DNA from: Candidatus Binatia bacterium
GTDB lineage: Bacteria > Desulfobacterota > Binatia > UBA9968 > CAXXLF01
Assembly (NCBI GenBank): GCA_963664015.2
Contig: CAXXLF010000002.1
Coordinates: 1,312,001-1,376,000, forward strand
Direction: 5' to 3'
DNA length: 64,000 nt
Numbering within the stretch: the stretch's first letter is position 1; every line of letters begins with the position of its first letter. The notes below the pieces were generated by a model that did not search any database, was not told where the DNA came from, and saw nothing but the letters and a program-made list of their open reading frames with translations. Positions 28,801-38,606 of the stretch are shown here, piece by piece. The translations under genes were made by a program, and so were the position numbers.

Positions 28801-30252
28801 CTAACCTGTTTGGGTGCCTCCCACGGTAATTCCGTCAATGCGTAACGTGGGCAATCCGACTCCTACAGGAACCGATTGACCATCCTTACCGCAAGTGCCA
28901 ACCCCCTCATCCAGTTTCAGGTCGGACCCAACCATGGAAACCCGCTTGAGAACCTCGGGTCCGCTACCGATCAAGGTCGCTCCCCGAACCGGTCGTGTGA
29001 CCTTGCCATCCTCAATGAGGTAAGCCTCGCTGGCAGAGAAAACGAATTTGCCATTGGTAATATCCACCTGACCACCACCAAAAGCGACCGCGTAAAGCCC
29101 CCTCTTGACCGAACGGATAATATCCTCCGGTGCATCGTCCCCGGCCAGCATGAACGTATTGGTCATACGAGGCATGGGAATATGGGCGTAGCTCTCTCGC
29201 CGGCCATTGCCCGTACGTGGCATGCCCATAAGATCGGCGTTTAACCGGTCCTGGAGGTAACCCTTGAGGATTCCCTTTTCAATTAGTACGGTCCGGGATG
29301 TGGGAGTCCCCTCATCGTCCAGGTTCAACGAACCCCGTCGAAATGGCATGGTCCCGTCGTCGACCACGGTGCAATGTTCCGAACCGACCTTTTGGCCGAT
29401 CCGGTCTGAGAAGGCGGAAATCTTTTTGCGGTTGAAATCACCCTCCAGCCCATGCCCGATGGCTTCATGGAGCAAGATCCCCGGCCAGCCCGGGCCTAGA
29501 ACCACATCCATCTCCCCTGCTGGGGCATCTCCCGCTTCCAGGTTCAACAATGCTTGGCGTACGGCCTCGTGGGTGTATCGCTCGTAGTCTTTCGTATCGG
29601 TTAGAGAAGTGAACTCGACTCTCCCACCACCCCCAAAGGACCCAATCTGGCGCTGGCCGTTATCCTCGGCGATACAGGTCACATTGAGGCGAATAAGCGG
29701 CTGCACGTCCCCGATGACCCATCCTTCGGAAGACGCAATCAGTACGATCTTCTTCTGGCTCACTAGGGATGCAAAAACGTTCTTGATTCGAGGGTCCTGA
29801 CCTCGGGCAAGCTGGTCCATTTCCTGTAGCAAAGCGATCTTCTTTTTCAGGGTTAGATCCGCTCCTTGCTGCGCCAGTGGATAGAGATCGTGAGGGCTCC
29901 CCTTGGGGCCCCCTACGGGGGCTGGCACCGCACCGCCCCGATCCTGAGCAATGTAACGAGCTGTGCGCGCCGCGACTTCGAGGTTCTCTATGGTAATATC
30001 GTCGGTAAAGGCGTAACCCGTTTTGGCGTCGGCCAAGACCCGCACTCCGACACCGTTCGAAGTAGAGCTTGATGCATTCTTGACCATCCCCTCTTCCAGG
30101 CCAACGGCTTCCTGAACCGTGTACTCGAAGAAAAGATCCGCGTAGTCCGCTTTACGCTCCAAGGCCCGGGCCAATACCTTGTCCAATTCCCGGGAATTGA
30201 CACCAAAACGCTGGTCGAAAAACGACTTTGCTGGAATCACATCTTGAGCCAT
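28801..30252 (-). CDS. tldD: TldD metalloprotease
   Basis: GWPGILLHEAIGHGLEGDFNRK, PMPRMTNT and CGKDGQSVPVGVG. Confidence 0.96.
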   Translation of the reverse strand: MAQDVIPAKSFFDQRFGVNSRELDKVLARALERKADYADLFFEYTVQEAVGLEEGMVKNASSSTSNGVGVRVLADAKTGYAFTDDITIENLEVAARTARYIAQDRGGAVPAPVGGPKGSPHDLYPLAQQGADLTLKKKIALLQEMDQLARGQDPRIKNVFASLVSQKKIVLIASSEGWVIGDVQPLIRLNVTCIAEDNGQRQIGSFGGGGRVEFTSLTDTKDYERYTHEAVRQALLNLEAGDAPAGEMDVVLGPGWPGILLHEAIGHGLEGDFNRKKISAFSDRIGQKVGSEHCTVVDDGTMPFRRGSLNLDDEGTPTSRTVLIEKGILKGYLQDRLNADLMGMPRTGNGRRESYAHIPMPRMTNTFMLAGDDAPEDIIRSVKRGLYAVAFGGGQVDITNGKFVFSASEAYLIEDGKVTRPVRGATLIGSGPEVLKRVSMVGSDLKLDEGVGTCGKDGQSVPVGVGLPTLRIDGITVGGTQTG

Positions 30253-30385
30253 GAATTATGCACCTCCCAGGACCAGTTTCACGGGGCAACTCCCCTTGAA
30301 AACGAGTATAGTCTATGATTAGGGTTATGGGTAGTCAAGCAGGATAAACTGAACTAGCCATACTAGCCATAATTTGAGATTGACC

Positions 30386-31450
30386 ATGAGCAAGAAGATA
30401 GTTCACGTCGTCGGCACTGGTACCATCGGAGAGCCCTTGATCGGTATCCTATCTACATTTCGTGAGGAATTTGGCATCGATGAAGTCACTTTCCACAAAC
30501 GGACCCCCCTCCTCAAGGATCGTCCGAAAGTCCACGTCCTCGCCCAAAAGGGGGCCAAATTATGCGTCGATAAAGACTGCTGGAGCAGTTTTAAGGAGAT
30601 GGACATGGAGCCCTTCTTCGAGGCCGAGGAGGCCATCGAGAGGGCCAACGTCATTATTGACTGCACGCCCGTAGGCAATGAAAACAAGGAAAAGTACTAC
30701 CAGTACTACGCCGGCAATGGGCGCGGATTTATCGCTCAGGGCAGCGAGTTCGGCTTTGGCAAGCAGTATGCTCGCGGCATCAACGACAGTTCCCTTTCCA
30801 AGGACGAAGATCAGTTCATCCAGGTCGTGAGCTGCAATACCCACAACCTCGCCGCTTTGATCGACACCCTCGCCCTGGGACCGGAAAAAGAAAACAATCT
30901 GGAAGAGGGCCGGTTTGTTTGTATGCGCCGGGCCAACGACTTGAGCGAAGAGGGCGGCTTTATCCCTTCACCGGAGGTAGAAAAGCACGACGACCCCATC
31001 TATGGCAGCCACCAGGGGAGGGACGCTCACCACCTCTTTCAAACCATTGGCCTCGATCTGAATATTTTTTCATCCGTTCTCAAGCTCAATACCCAGTACA
31101 TGCACTCCATCTATTTCGACCTGAAGTTGAGTCGGGACCTCACCATGGAGGAGGCTATGCGCCGTCTCGTTGCCAATGGCCGGATCGCCCTGACGGAGAA
31201 GAACTCCATGGCAGCAGTTTTTTCCTTTGGCAGGGATCACGGTCTGTTTGGTCGTATTCTCAATCAGACCGTCATTGCACGGCAGAGTTTGGCTATGCGG
31301 GGAGAACGAGAGATTGTGGGTATGTGCTTTACACCTCAGGATGGGAATTCGCTCCTGAGCAGCATTGCGGCGGCTTTGTGGTTTCTCTTTCCGGACTCCT
31401 ACGAGGAACGGATCGAGCCTCTCAAGACCTACTTCTTCAGTGAAATTTAA
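30386..31450 (+). CDS. Archaeal-type (class II) glyceraldehyde-3-phosphate dehydrogenase homolog
   Basis: GTGTIG, VIIDCTP, AQGSE, VVSCNTH, RRAND, SHQGRD, TQYMH and PQDG motifs, colinear with archaeal GAPDH. Confidence 0.75.
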   Translation: MSKKIVHVVGTGTIGEPLIGILSTFREEFGIDEVTFHKRTPLLKDRPKVHVLAQKGAKLCVDKDCWSSFKEMDMEPFFEAEEAIERANVIIDCTPVGNENKEKYYQYYAGNGRGFIAQGSEFGFGKQYARGINDSSLSKDEDQFIQVVSCNTHNLAALIDTLALGPEKENNLEEGRFVCMRRANDLSEEGGFIPSPEVEKHDDPIYGSHQGRDAHHLFQTIGLDLNIFSSVLKLNTQYMHSIYFDLKLSRDLTMEEAMRRLVANGRIALTEKNSMAAVFSFGRDHGLFGRILNQTVIARQSLAMRGEREIVGMCFTPQDGNSLLSSIAAALWFLFPDSYEERIEPLKTYFFSEI

Positions 31451-31968
31451 ATCCCGTCTTCGGGAAGTCTGAAACTTTCAAATCGCACGGCTTGGCCTAC
31501 CTCTATTCCATGAGTCCGGGCAAACCCCCCGTTGACTTCCAGTACGAACTGGCTGGGCGTGGCTACGGACAAAGAGGCGGTAGAATAGGGCACCGATTCG
31601 TGAACGATGCCGACAATCCTTCGTTGCTTTCCAATAAAGATGAGATCCAGAGGGATGGGTGTATTTTTCATCCAGAAGGTCTGAATCTTTTCCTGGGGGA
31701 ACAGGAACAGCATACCTTGATTGGCCTCTAAGTCGGTCCGATATTGGAGCCCCATGGTCCGCCGCTCCGGGGTATCGGCAATTTCAACCTGCACCGAAAT
31801 TTCACGGTCGCCTTGCCCCTTGAGAACAACCCGGGAGCCCGACGCGGGATGACAGGCATTAAGACTCAGTGATCCCCAAACGACGAGAAGGAAAGCCCCT
31901 AAGGATTTTATGCCCTCGTAGGGCAATTTTACGCGGCGTCCCGATCTGCCCATGCCATCAAAGCCCAT
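31447..31968 (-). CDS. DUF192 family protein (start uncertain)
   Basis: VEIADT..R..GL.YR, GMLFLF, FWMKNT.IPLD and VLEVNGG. Confidence 0.9.
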   Translation of the reverse strand: MGFDGMGRSGRRVKLPYEGIKSLGAFLLVVWGSLSLNACHPASGSRVVLKGQGDREISVQVEIADTPERRTMGLQYRTDLEANQGMLFLFPQEKIQTFWMKNTPIPLDLIFIGKQRRIVGIVHESVPYSTASLSVATPSQFVLEVNGGFARTHGIEVGQAVRFESFRLPEDGI

Positions 31969-31979
31969 GAAAATCGAGC

Positions 31980-34025
31980 CTAGGCCTTGGGAGCCAAGGC
32001 GGCTTCAGGATCATTATCGGTCTTCTTAAGGTCCCTGGCGACTAGCTCCGCAACATCGAGGATCTCTACGGTTGGATCCGGTTCCTGATTGGCAGCCTCG
32101 TCGGTAAGCATGCGCATGCAAAAGGGGCACCCAGTAGCGACGGTCTTAGCCCCAGTTTCCTTGAGTTCCCGGTAGCGATTTGTGCTGACTCTTTCTTTTC
32201 CCTTTTCCTCTTCTTTCCAGAACTGTGCGCCACCGGCACCGCAGCAGAAGCTGTTTTCTCGATTGCGTTGGGGTTCTTTCAATTCGAACCCCAGTGATCG
32301 CACGACCGAACGGGGCTGATCAAAAACCCGGTTGTGGCGTCCCAGGTAACAGGGATCGTGGTAGGTCACGTCAGCCGCGGATTTTTTCGGGAGACGAAGC
32401 TTACCCGATTGAACCAATTCGTCAATATACTGGGTGTGATGCTTGACCACATAGTGTCCGCCCAATTGTGGATATTCGTTCCCAACGGTATGAAAACAGT
32501 GGGGGCAATGGGTCACAATGACTTTTGGATTCACCGCATTCAGGGTTTCTATGTTCTCCGTTGCCATTTCGGCAAAGAGGTATTCGTTTCCCGCCCGTCG
32601 GGCCGCATCCCCCGTGCATTTTTCCTGTTTACCCAGCACGGCCCAGTTCACGCCTGCCGCCTGAAAGATCTCGGCCATGCTTATGGCAATCTTCTGGATA
32701 CGAGGGTCAAAAGAGGCGGCACAACCAACCCAATAGAGAACATCCGGATGGGGATTCTCTTCCGCTGTAGGTACGTGGAAGGGGAGTTTTTCCGTCCAGT
32801 CGAGTCGCTTCTCCACAGGCAGTCCCCAGGGATTCCCGGAGGTCTCCATCCCCTGAAACGCCTGTTTCAAACCGCTAGGGAAATCTGACTCCATGAGGAC
32901 CCGCTCACGTCGAATATCCAGGATATGAAGCACCTGCTCGTTGCCCACCGGACAGACTTCCACGCATGCATTGCAGGTGGTACAGGACCAGGCTGCTTCT
33001 TTACTGATGGCGAAATCCAGTAGTGGACGCGCCTCTCCGTTGTCATCAGAGCGGAGACCGGATGTACGATTGAGCTCGTATCTCTCATTGATGAGTAGTG
33101 CTGACGGGCTCAGCGGCTTGCCCGTGACATAGGCCGGGCAAACCTCCTGACAGCGGTTGCACATAATACAACTATAGGCATCAAGCAGCCGTGGCCAGGC
33201 AAAATCTTTTAGCGTCGCTACCCCAAAAGTCTCCTCATTTTCAAAATCCATGGGTTCCAGCACACCCGGTTTGTCCTTCTTTAGAGCGAGGTTCAATGGA
33301 GCCATCATGATGTGGATATGTTTGGACCTGGGAAAGTAGGGAATAAACACAAGGATCGAGCCCAGGGCCCCCCACCAGAAAAAGTGCTCCAGGCCCTCCA
33401 GTAAACCAGATTCCATACCAGCAAAGAAGCTTGCGAAATATCCGGCTACCGGCTGAAAAGGATCCGGTCCTTCATGGGCAAGCAGGGCCAACTGGGTCGC
33501 CTTGTTCAATAGACGGCTCCCCACATGGAAGATGATAAAGCCTCCCACAATGGCGGAATCCCGCGGGATCCCATCTCTGACATTTTCATGGAGAAGCACA
33601 TTCGAGGCAAATTTAAAATCCGCTGGCTTTACCAAGAAGCGTCGGACCATCAATCCCACAATGCCAAGGAGTACGCTCGCCGTCAGGAGATCTGCCAACA
33701 GGTTGAAGGGATTCCAGATCCCTCCCCGGGGAACCCAGGGGAAAAATCCCTCCAAGACATCCACCACGTTAACTAAAAAATAATAAACGAATCCATAAAA
33801 GACCATGGCATGGAGAAAGGATACCAAGGGTCGTTTATTGAAAAGACTCTGCTGGGTCAAAACGATCCACAGAGCGCTAAGAATCCGTTGGAGCGGACGA
33901 TCGAAGCGGTGGGAGGGCTTACCACCCGCAATGGCCTTGAATACGCGATAGAAACCGACACCGCCAAAGGACAGAGCTCCGATCACTAGAAGTACAAACG
34001 CGACCTTCTCTGCACTAGTCAGCAT
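31980..34025 (-). CDS. Membrane Fe-S oxidoreductase (FadF/HdrD-like: cytochrome b module, 2x[4Fe-4S], CCG domains)
   Basis: TM N-terminus with SKHIH, CIMCNRCQEVCP, CTTCNACVEVCP, YWVGC, YHDPCYLGR and CCGAGG. Confidence 0.9.
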   Translation of the reverse strand: MLTSAEKVAFVLLVIGALSFGGVGFYRVFKAIAGGKPSHRFDRPLQRILSALWIVLTQQSLFNKRPLVSFLHAMVFYGFVYYFLVNVVDVLEGFFPWVPRGGIWNPFNLLADLLTASVLLGIVGLMVRRFLVKPADFKFASNVLLHENVRDGIPRDSAIVGGFIIFHVGSRLLNKATQLALLAHEGPDPFQPVAGYFASFFAGMESGLLEGLEHFFWWGALGSILVFIPYFPRSKHIHIMMAPLNLALKKDKPGVLEPMDFENEETFGVATLKDFAWPRLLDAYSCIMCNRCQEVCPAYVTGKPLSPSALLINERYELNRTSGLRSDDNGEARPLLDFAISKEAAWSCTTCNACVEVCPVGNEQVLHILDIRRERVLMESDFPSGLKQAFQGMETSGNPWGLPVEKRLDWTEKLPFHVPTAEENPHPDVLYWVGCAASFDPRIQKIAISMAEIFQAAGVNWAVLGKQEKCTGDAARRAGNEYLFAEMATENIETLNAVNPKVIVTHCPHCFHTVGNEYPQLGGHYVVKHHTQYIDELVQSGKLRLPKKSAADVTYHDPCYLGRHNRVFDQPRSVVRSLGFELKEPQRNRENSFCCGAGGAQFWKEEEKGKERVSTNRYRELKETGAKTVATGCPFCMRMLTDEAANQEPDPTVEILDVAELVARDLKKTDNDPEAALAPKA

Positions 34026-34177
34026 AGACTCTCCTTGGATTGTTTTGACGGCAAGACCATGATGGAAGCTTCGTCGGAGCGAAAACTCCGGCAGGAGCGG
34101 TCCAAGCTGGCGGCCTTGGGACCTGTCATGGCAATACCGCTGGTACCGCCAGGGAGCGGTTCACGTTCCCTATAATT

Positions 34178-34226
34178 TTATCCGCCTTCGCAAAAGACCA
34201 TGGGCGTAAGCCCATGGAGGCTTCAT
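34178..34226 (-). repeat. ATGAAGCC...GCGAAGGCGGATAA hairpin element, copy A (short)
   Basis: ATGAAGCCTCCATGGGCTTACGCCCATGGTCTTTTGCGAAGGCGGATAA on the minus strand; overlaps the iclR stop codon. Confidence 0.8.
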
Positions 34227-35002
34227 TGATGGTATCCGAGGCGCTTGGAAAGCTCGCTGCCGCCCTTCAGGGTCATAGGAATGACCTCATTTTCAACCTT
34301 TTCCCGGGTCAAACGATGCCCCGGCCCAGTCACGGACAGACTTCCGACCAGATCCCGGGTGTAATCCCGTACCGGAACCGCAACACAAGTTACATCATCG
34401 ACGTATTCACCGAGGTCCAACGCATAACCCGCCTCGCTGACCTCTTGGATCTGCCGAAGAAGGACCTGCCGATCCACAATCGTCTTATCCGTATAGCGTT
34501 CCAGAATTTCCGGAATGCCATGACGGAGTTCTTCTTCCGATCCAAACGCGAGATGGACCTTACCCGGTGCCGTACAGTATAGGGGTAACGTCTCCCCTAC
34601 AAATGTGCCCACTCGAACAAGGCTCTGGGACTCAACGAAGTTCAAAGGGACAACGCCCATACCTTTTCGCAGCGATACGTACGCGCTCTCACCGGTTTCC
34701 TTTACCAAAGTCTGAAGTGCGGATTGAGCCTGGTGCAAAAACCCGATCTGACCCACATAGGCCTGGCCCAATTGTAAACACCGCAAACCGAGACGATAGT
34801 TTTCCGTTGCCTTGTTTTGTTCGATGTATCCCCTCGCCTCCAGGGTTGCCAATAGCCGAAAAACATTATTTTTATGAAGCTTCAATCTCTTGCTAAGCTC
34901 GGTGACCCCAATTTCATCTCCGCTGCCGGGAAACTGCTCCAGGACATCGAGAGCATGAGAGACAGAGTGGATGACATAGTTTGACTTCTCTCTGCGCACC
35001 AT
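34223..35002 (-). CDS. IclR-family transcriptional regulator
   Basis: HTH GVTELSKRLKLHKNNVFRLLATLE..GY, LPLYCTAPGK and CVAVPVRD. Start at MVRREK with GAGGAG RBS. Confidence 0.93.
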   Translation of the reverse strand: MVRREKSNYVIHSVSHALDVLEQFPGSGDEIGVTELSKRLKLHKNNVFRLLATLEARGYIEQNKATENYRLGLRCLQLGQAYVGQIGFLHQAQSALQTLVKETGESAYVSLRKGMGVVPLNFVESQSLVRVGTFVGETLPLYCTAPGKVHLAFGSEEELRHGIPEILERYTDKTIVDRQVLLRQIQEVSEAGYALDLGEYVDDVTCVAVPVRDYTRDLVGSLSVTGPGHRLTREKVENEVIPMTLKGGSELSKRLGYHQ

Positions 35003-35047
35003 AACTCCTCCATGGGAAGTAAATTTATTTATACAATATTCCCAGGA

Positions 35048-35173
35048 ATGAAGCCTCCACGGGTTTACACCCGTGGTATCCTTCCTCTCTTCGGCGGAAT
35101 CCGCCGAAGCACCTACCTTTGCCAATGCTACGGTAGGTCCCACCGTCGCATTCATCCATGGGCTTACGCCCAT
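35048..35173 (+). repeat. Same hairpin element, copy B (long, four hairpins)
   Basis: ATGAAGCCT-CCACGGG/CCCGTGG, CTTCGGCGG/CCGCCGAAG, ACCTACC/GGTAGGT and ATGGGC/GCCCAT. Confidence 0.8.
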
Positions 35174-35247
35174 AACAAAAAAACGTTTTAATTTATCGCA
35201 CGACCTTGGTGTTGTCAAACGGGGGTTTGGAACGGGAACTGGCGCGG

Positions 35248-35898
35248 TTAGAACTTGTCCGGGACCTTTTCCCAATCTTTCAGGAAACGTTCGATCCCGA
35301 TATCGGTTAGTGGGTGTTTTGTGAGTTGCTTGAGCACAGCAAACGGAACGGTAGCTACGTGAGCGCCCATGAGGGCCGCTGTTAATACGTGGATCGGATG
35401 GCGAACACTCGCGACTAACACCTCCGTGGAAAATCCATAATTACTGTATATTGCGACAATTTGCTCAATCACTTCCATGCCGCTTTGCGAAACGTCATCG
35501 AGGCGGCCGACAAAAGGACTGATATAACTGGCACCAGCCTTTGCGGCGAGCAATGCTTGCACGGGTGTAAAACAGAGGGTCACGTTGGTTTTAATACCTT
35601 TGTTCTTCAAGGCCCTTACCGCCTTGAGTCCCTCGGTTGTCAATGGGACTTTGACAACCACGTTTTTCCCGTAACGAATCAGTTTCTCCCCTTCCCGTAC
35701 CATCCCGTCGGCGTCCAAGCTGACGGTCTCGAGACTGATAGGGCCATCAACCAGCGCACAGATCTCGCTAACCACCTCGTCGAAGCGGCGCCCAGTCTTG
35801 GCAACGAGCGTTGGATTGGTCGTTACTCCATCGATCAACCCCATACTATGAGCCTCTGAGATCTCGCCTATATCCGCAGTATCGAGGAAAAACTTCAT
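35248..35898 (-). CDS. tal: Transaldolase (TalC/FSA-like short type)
   Basis: [26 protein letters not shown] and ISPFVGR (Phe variant typical of transaldolase). Confidence 0.9.
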   Translation of the reverse strand: MKFFLDTADIGEISEAHSMGLIDGVTTNPTLVAKTGRRFDEVVSEICALVDGPISLETVSLDADGMVREGEKLIRYGKNVVVKVPLTTEGLKAVRALKNKGIKTNVTLCFTPVQALLAAKAGASYISPFVGRLDDVSQSGMEVIEQIVAIYSNYGFSTEVLVASVRHPIHVLTAALMGAHVATVPFAVLKQLTKHPLTDIGIERFLKDWEKVPDKF

Positions 35899-36040
35899 AC
35901 TCCCTCCCTGGTGCATATCTAGCATCGTTTACGAGGAATGCCAATGAAATATGGCAGTTCGCACAACGGTCAACTGCGTTGGTTGTTCCCCCTGGCTATT
36001 TTAGTTAAAATAAGCAAGTTTTTTCGTAGGTTTTATTAAT

Positions 36041-36469
36041 ATGGGATCCAAAGGCCTATACGGCATTCTGGCCATGGGAGAGTTGGTTGAGGACTATAGT
36101 AGTCAACAGCCCATGCACGTGAAAGATATTGCCCAGCGGCAGAATATCCCCGAAGAGTACCTGAGCCAGATTATGGTGGTGCTCAAGCGTGCCAATCTAG
36201 TCCATGGAACGAGGGGGCCCGGCGGCGGGTATCGCTTGGCTCACCCACCGGAAAAGATCACAGTCGGTCAGGTCGTCAAATGCCTTGAAGGCCCCATCTT
36301 AGCTCTGGATACGAAGAACCAAAAGCGTCTCTTTGCCTCATCAACCGTCGTGCGCAGACTTACCGTGATCTGGGACCAGGCCATGGAGGCAGCGGACAAT
36401 ATCCTCGATGAAACCTCTCTGGCAGACCTTTGCAAGCCCGACGAGAGGAGCCAGATGTACTACATCTGA
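36041..36469 (+). CDS. Rrf2-family transcriptional regulator (no IscR Cys triad)
   Basis: IAQRQNIPEEYLSQI, RGPGGGY.L, C-terminal MYYI. Confidence 0.9.
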   Translation: MGSKGLYGILAMGELVEDYSSQQPMHVKDIAQRQNIPEEYLSQIMVVLKRANLVHGTRGPGGGYRLAHPPEKITVGQVVKCLEGPILALDTKNQKRLFASSTVVRRLTVIWDQAMEAADNILDETSLADLCKPDERSQMYYI

Positions 36470-36537
36470 CCGGCAACCCCATGGCCCAAGCAGCCGGGCC
36501 TTTCAGGTTATCCCAAAGCCTTAGGTCGTCTGAATCT

Positions 36538-38037
36538 ATGCTTCAACCTTCGTTTCGTGATTTTTGCCGTCTTTCAAAACAAGGCAACCTCGTTCCGGTC
36601 CATCGAGAGCTCCTTATGGACCTGGAGACGCCGCTCTCCTTCTTCAAGAGACTCAAGCGAAACCGATACGCCTTTCTCCTCGAGAGCGTGGAGGGAAGCG
36701 AACGTTGGGCCCGCTATTCGTTTCTGGGAACGAACCCTTATCTCGTCTTCAAGGCCAAGGGAACCCAGGTCGAGATCATCGACGGCGGGAAAAAGCGGGC
36801 CTTGACAACAGAGGAGCCCCTCAAGGTGTTGCAGGATCTCCTCGACCAGTATCGACCGGTTATCGTGGACGGGATGCCCCCCTTCTCTGGCGGCGCCTTG
36901 GGCTATGTTTCCTACGACGCGGTGGAGCAACTCCACGACATCGCCAGCTTTCAACCGGACCCCCACCAAGTACCCACGGTTTTTTTTATCTTTGTTCAGA
37001 CTCTCGTCGCCTTTGACAACCTAAAACACACCATCAAAGTAATCGACAATGTCAGACTGGATGGGAAGGTCAGCCTGAAAAAGGCATACAGTGAGGCGAG
37101 CGCTAGGATCGAGGGACTGGTTTCTTCCCTGCAGAAAAAGACCAGCGCCTTGGAGACCCGCGAGATCGAAGCTGGGGCCGCCAGCAAAAAACCCCGATCC
37201 AATCTGTCTCCTGCAGCTTTCCACACCATGGTTCAACGAGCCAAGGAATACATAAGAGCGGGCGATGTTATTCAGGTCGTGCTTTCCCAGAGACTGGAAA
37301 CCGAGACCCAGGCGGATCCATTCGAAGTCTATCGCGCCCTCCGATTCGTCAACCCATCCCCCTATATGTTTTACCTGGAATTGGAAGAGGTGCGGCTCAT
37401 CGGTTCATCCCCGGAAACCTTGGTACGCTTGACCGATGGGAATATCGAGCTCCGTCCCATCGCCGGCACACGGCGGCGGGGGGCCACCCCTTCGGAAGAA
37501 AGAGAGTTAGAGTTGGACCTCCTGGCAGACCCCAAGGAGCGGGCAGAGCATATCATGCTAGTCGACTTGGGTAGAAACGACGTGGGACGGGCAGCGGAAA
37601 TCGGTACCGTTGAGGTCAACGAACTAATGGTGATCGAACGCTATTCCCACGTCATCCACCTGGGTTCCAACATCCGGGGTAGGATGGCAGCCGGTAAAAG
37701 CCCACTAGATCTCTTTATTTCCTGCTTCCCAGCTGGCACCGTATCGGGAGCACCAAAAATCCGGGCCATGGAAATTATCAGCGAATTGGAGCCTCAGCGG
37801 CGAGGTCCCTACGCAGGGGCCATGGGATATCTGAGCTTCAACGGGAACCTAGATACGTGCATTATCATCCGCACCATCATGATCCAGGGTAAGAAGGTAT
37901 CCATCCAGGCTGGGGCAGGCATCGTGGCGGATTCGGATCCCGAGATGGAGTATCAGGAAACCATGAACAAGGCAGGTGCCATGCTAAAGGCCATCGATCT
38001 GGCCGAGGGGTGGAGCCGGCGTTCGAGGAAAAAATGA
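36538..38037 (+). CDS. trpE: Anthranilate synthase component I
   Basis: FLLESVEG..RWARYS, NPSPYM, GSSPE, AEHIMLVDLGRND and PAGTVSGAPK. Confidence 0.93.
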   Translation: MLQPSFRDFCRLSKQGNLVPVHRELLMDLETPLSFFKRLKRNRYAFLLESVEGSERWARYSFLGTNPYLVFKAKGTQVEIIDGGKKRALTTEEPLKVLQDLLDQYRPVIVDGMPPFSGGALGYVSYDAVEQLHDIASFQPDPHQVPTVFFIFVQTLVAFDNLKHTIKVIDNVRLDGKVSLKKAYSEASARIEGLVSSLQKKTSALETREIEAGAASKKPRSNLSPAAFHTMVQRAKEYIRAGDVIQVVLSQRLETETQADPFEVYRALRFVNPSPYMFYLELEEVRLIGSSPETLVRLTDGNIELRPIAGTRRRGATPSEERELELDLLADPKERAEHIMLVDLGRNDVGRAAEIGTVEVNELMVIERYSHVIHLGSNIRGRMAAGKSPLDLFISCFPAGTVSGAPKIRAMEIISELEPQRRGPYAGAMGYLSFNGNLDTCIIIRTIMIQGKKVSIQAGAGIVADSDPEMEYQETMNKAGAMLKAIDLAEGWSRRSRKK

Positions 38038-38600
38038 TCCTCCTCATTGATAACTACGATTCCTTCACTTACAACCTCTACCATTACCTCGGGGAACTGG
38101 GAGCCGAGGTCAGGGTCTACCTCAACGACAAGATTTCCTGCGATGAGATCGCGCAGATAAAGCCCGAAAAGATCGTCATCTCTCCCGGACCCTGTACACC
38201 CAAGGAGGCCGGGATCTCCTGTGCCGTGATCCAACGATTTGCCCAGCACGTGCCGATTCTCGGTGTATGCCTGGGGCACCAATGCATCGGCGCCGCTTAT
38301 GGTGGAAGGATAGTCCGCACGTCCGAGATTATGCATGGAAAACTGTCCGACGTCTTCCACGACTCTCAAACCATCTATCGCTCCCTAAAAAACCCCCTGC
38401 CTGCCATGCGTTACCACTCCCTGGTCATAGACCCCACCAGTCTTCCCAGCGAGTTCGCCGTCAGTGCGCACACCTCGGACAACGTGATTATGGGCATCCG
38501 CCATCGCACCCTCCCCCTGGAAGGAGTCCAGTTCCATCCCGAGTCCATCTTCACCGAAGAGGGAAAGGGCCTGTTGAAGAATTTCCTGGACTACTACTAA
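38034..38600 (+). CDS. trpG: Anthranilate/aminodeoxychorismate synthase glutamine amidotransferase
   Basis: IDNYDSFT, ISPGP, GVCLGHQ, RYHSL and QFHPES; ATGA overlap with trpE. Confidence 0.93.
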   Translation: MILLIDNYDSFTYNLYHYLGELGAEVRVYLNDKISCDEIAQIKPEKIVISPGPCTPKEAGISCAVIQRFAQHVPILGVCLGHQCIGAAYGGRIVRTSEIMHGKLSDVFHDSQTIYRSLKNPLPAMRYHSLVIDPTSLPSEFAVSAHTSDNVIMGIRHRTLPLEGVQFHPESIFTEEGKGLLKNFLDYY

Positions 38601-38606
38601 CCAGCT

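Noticed and set aside
35003-35275. Long N-terminal extension of IclR (similarly VOC 39372-39458 and LdcA 51730-51855)
   Set aside because: These extensions run through the hairpin repeat, and better starts exist at the family N-termini.
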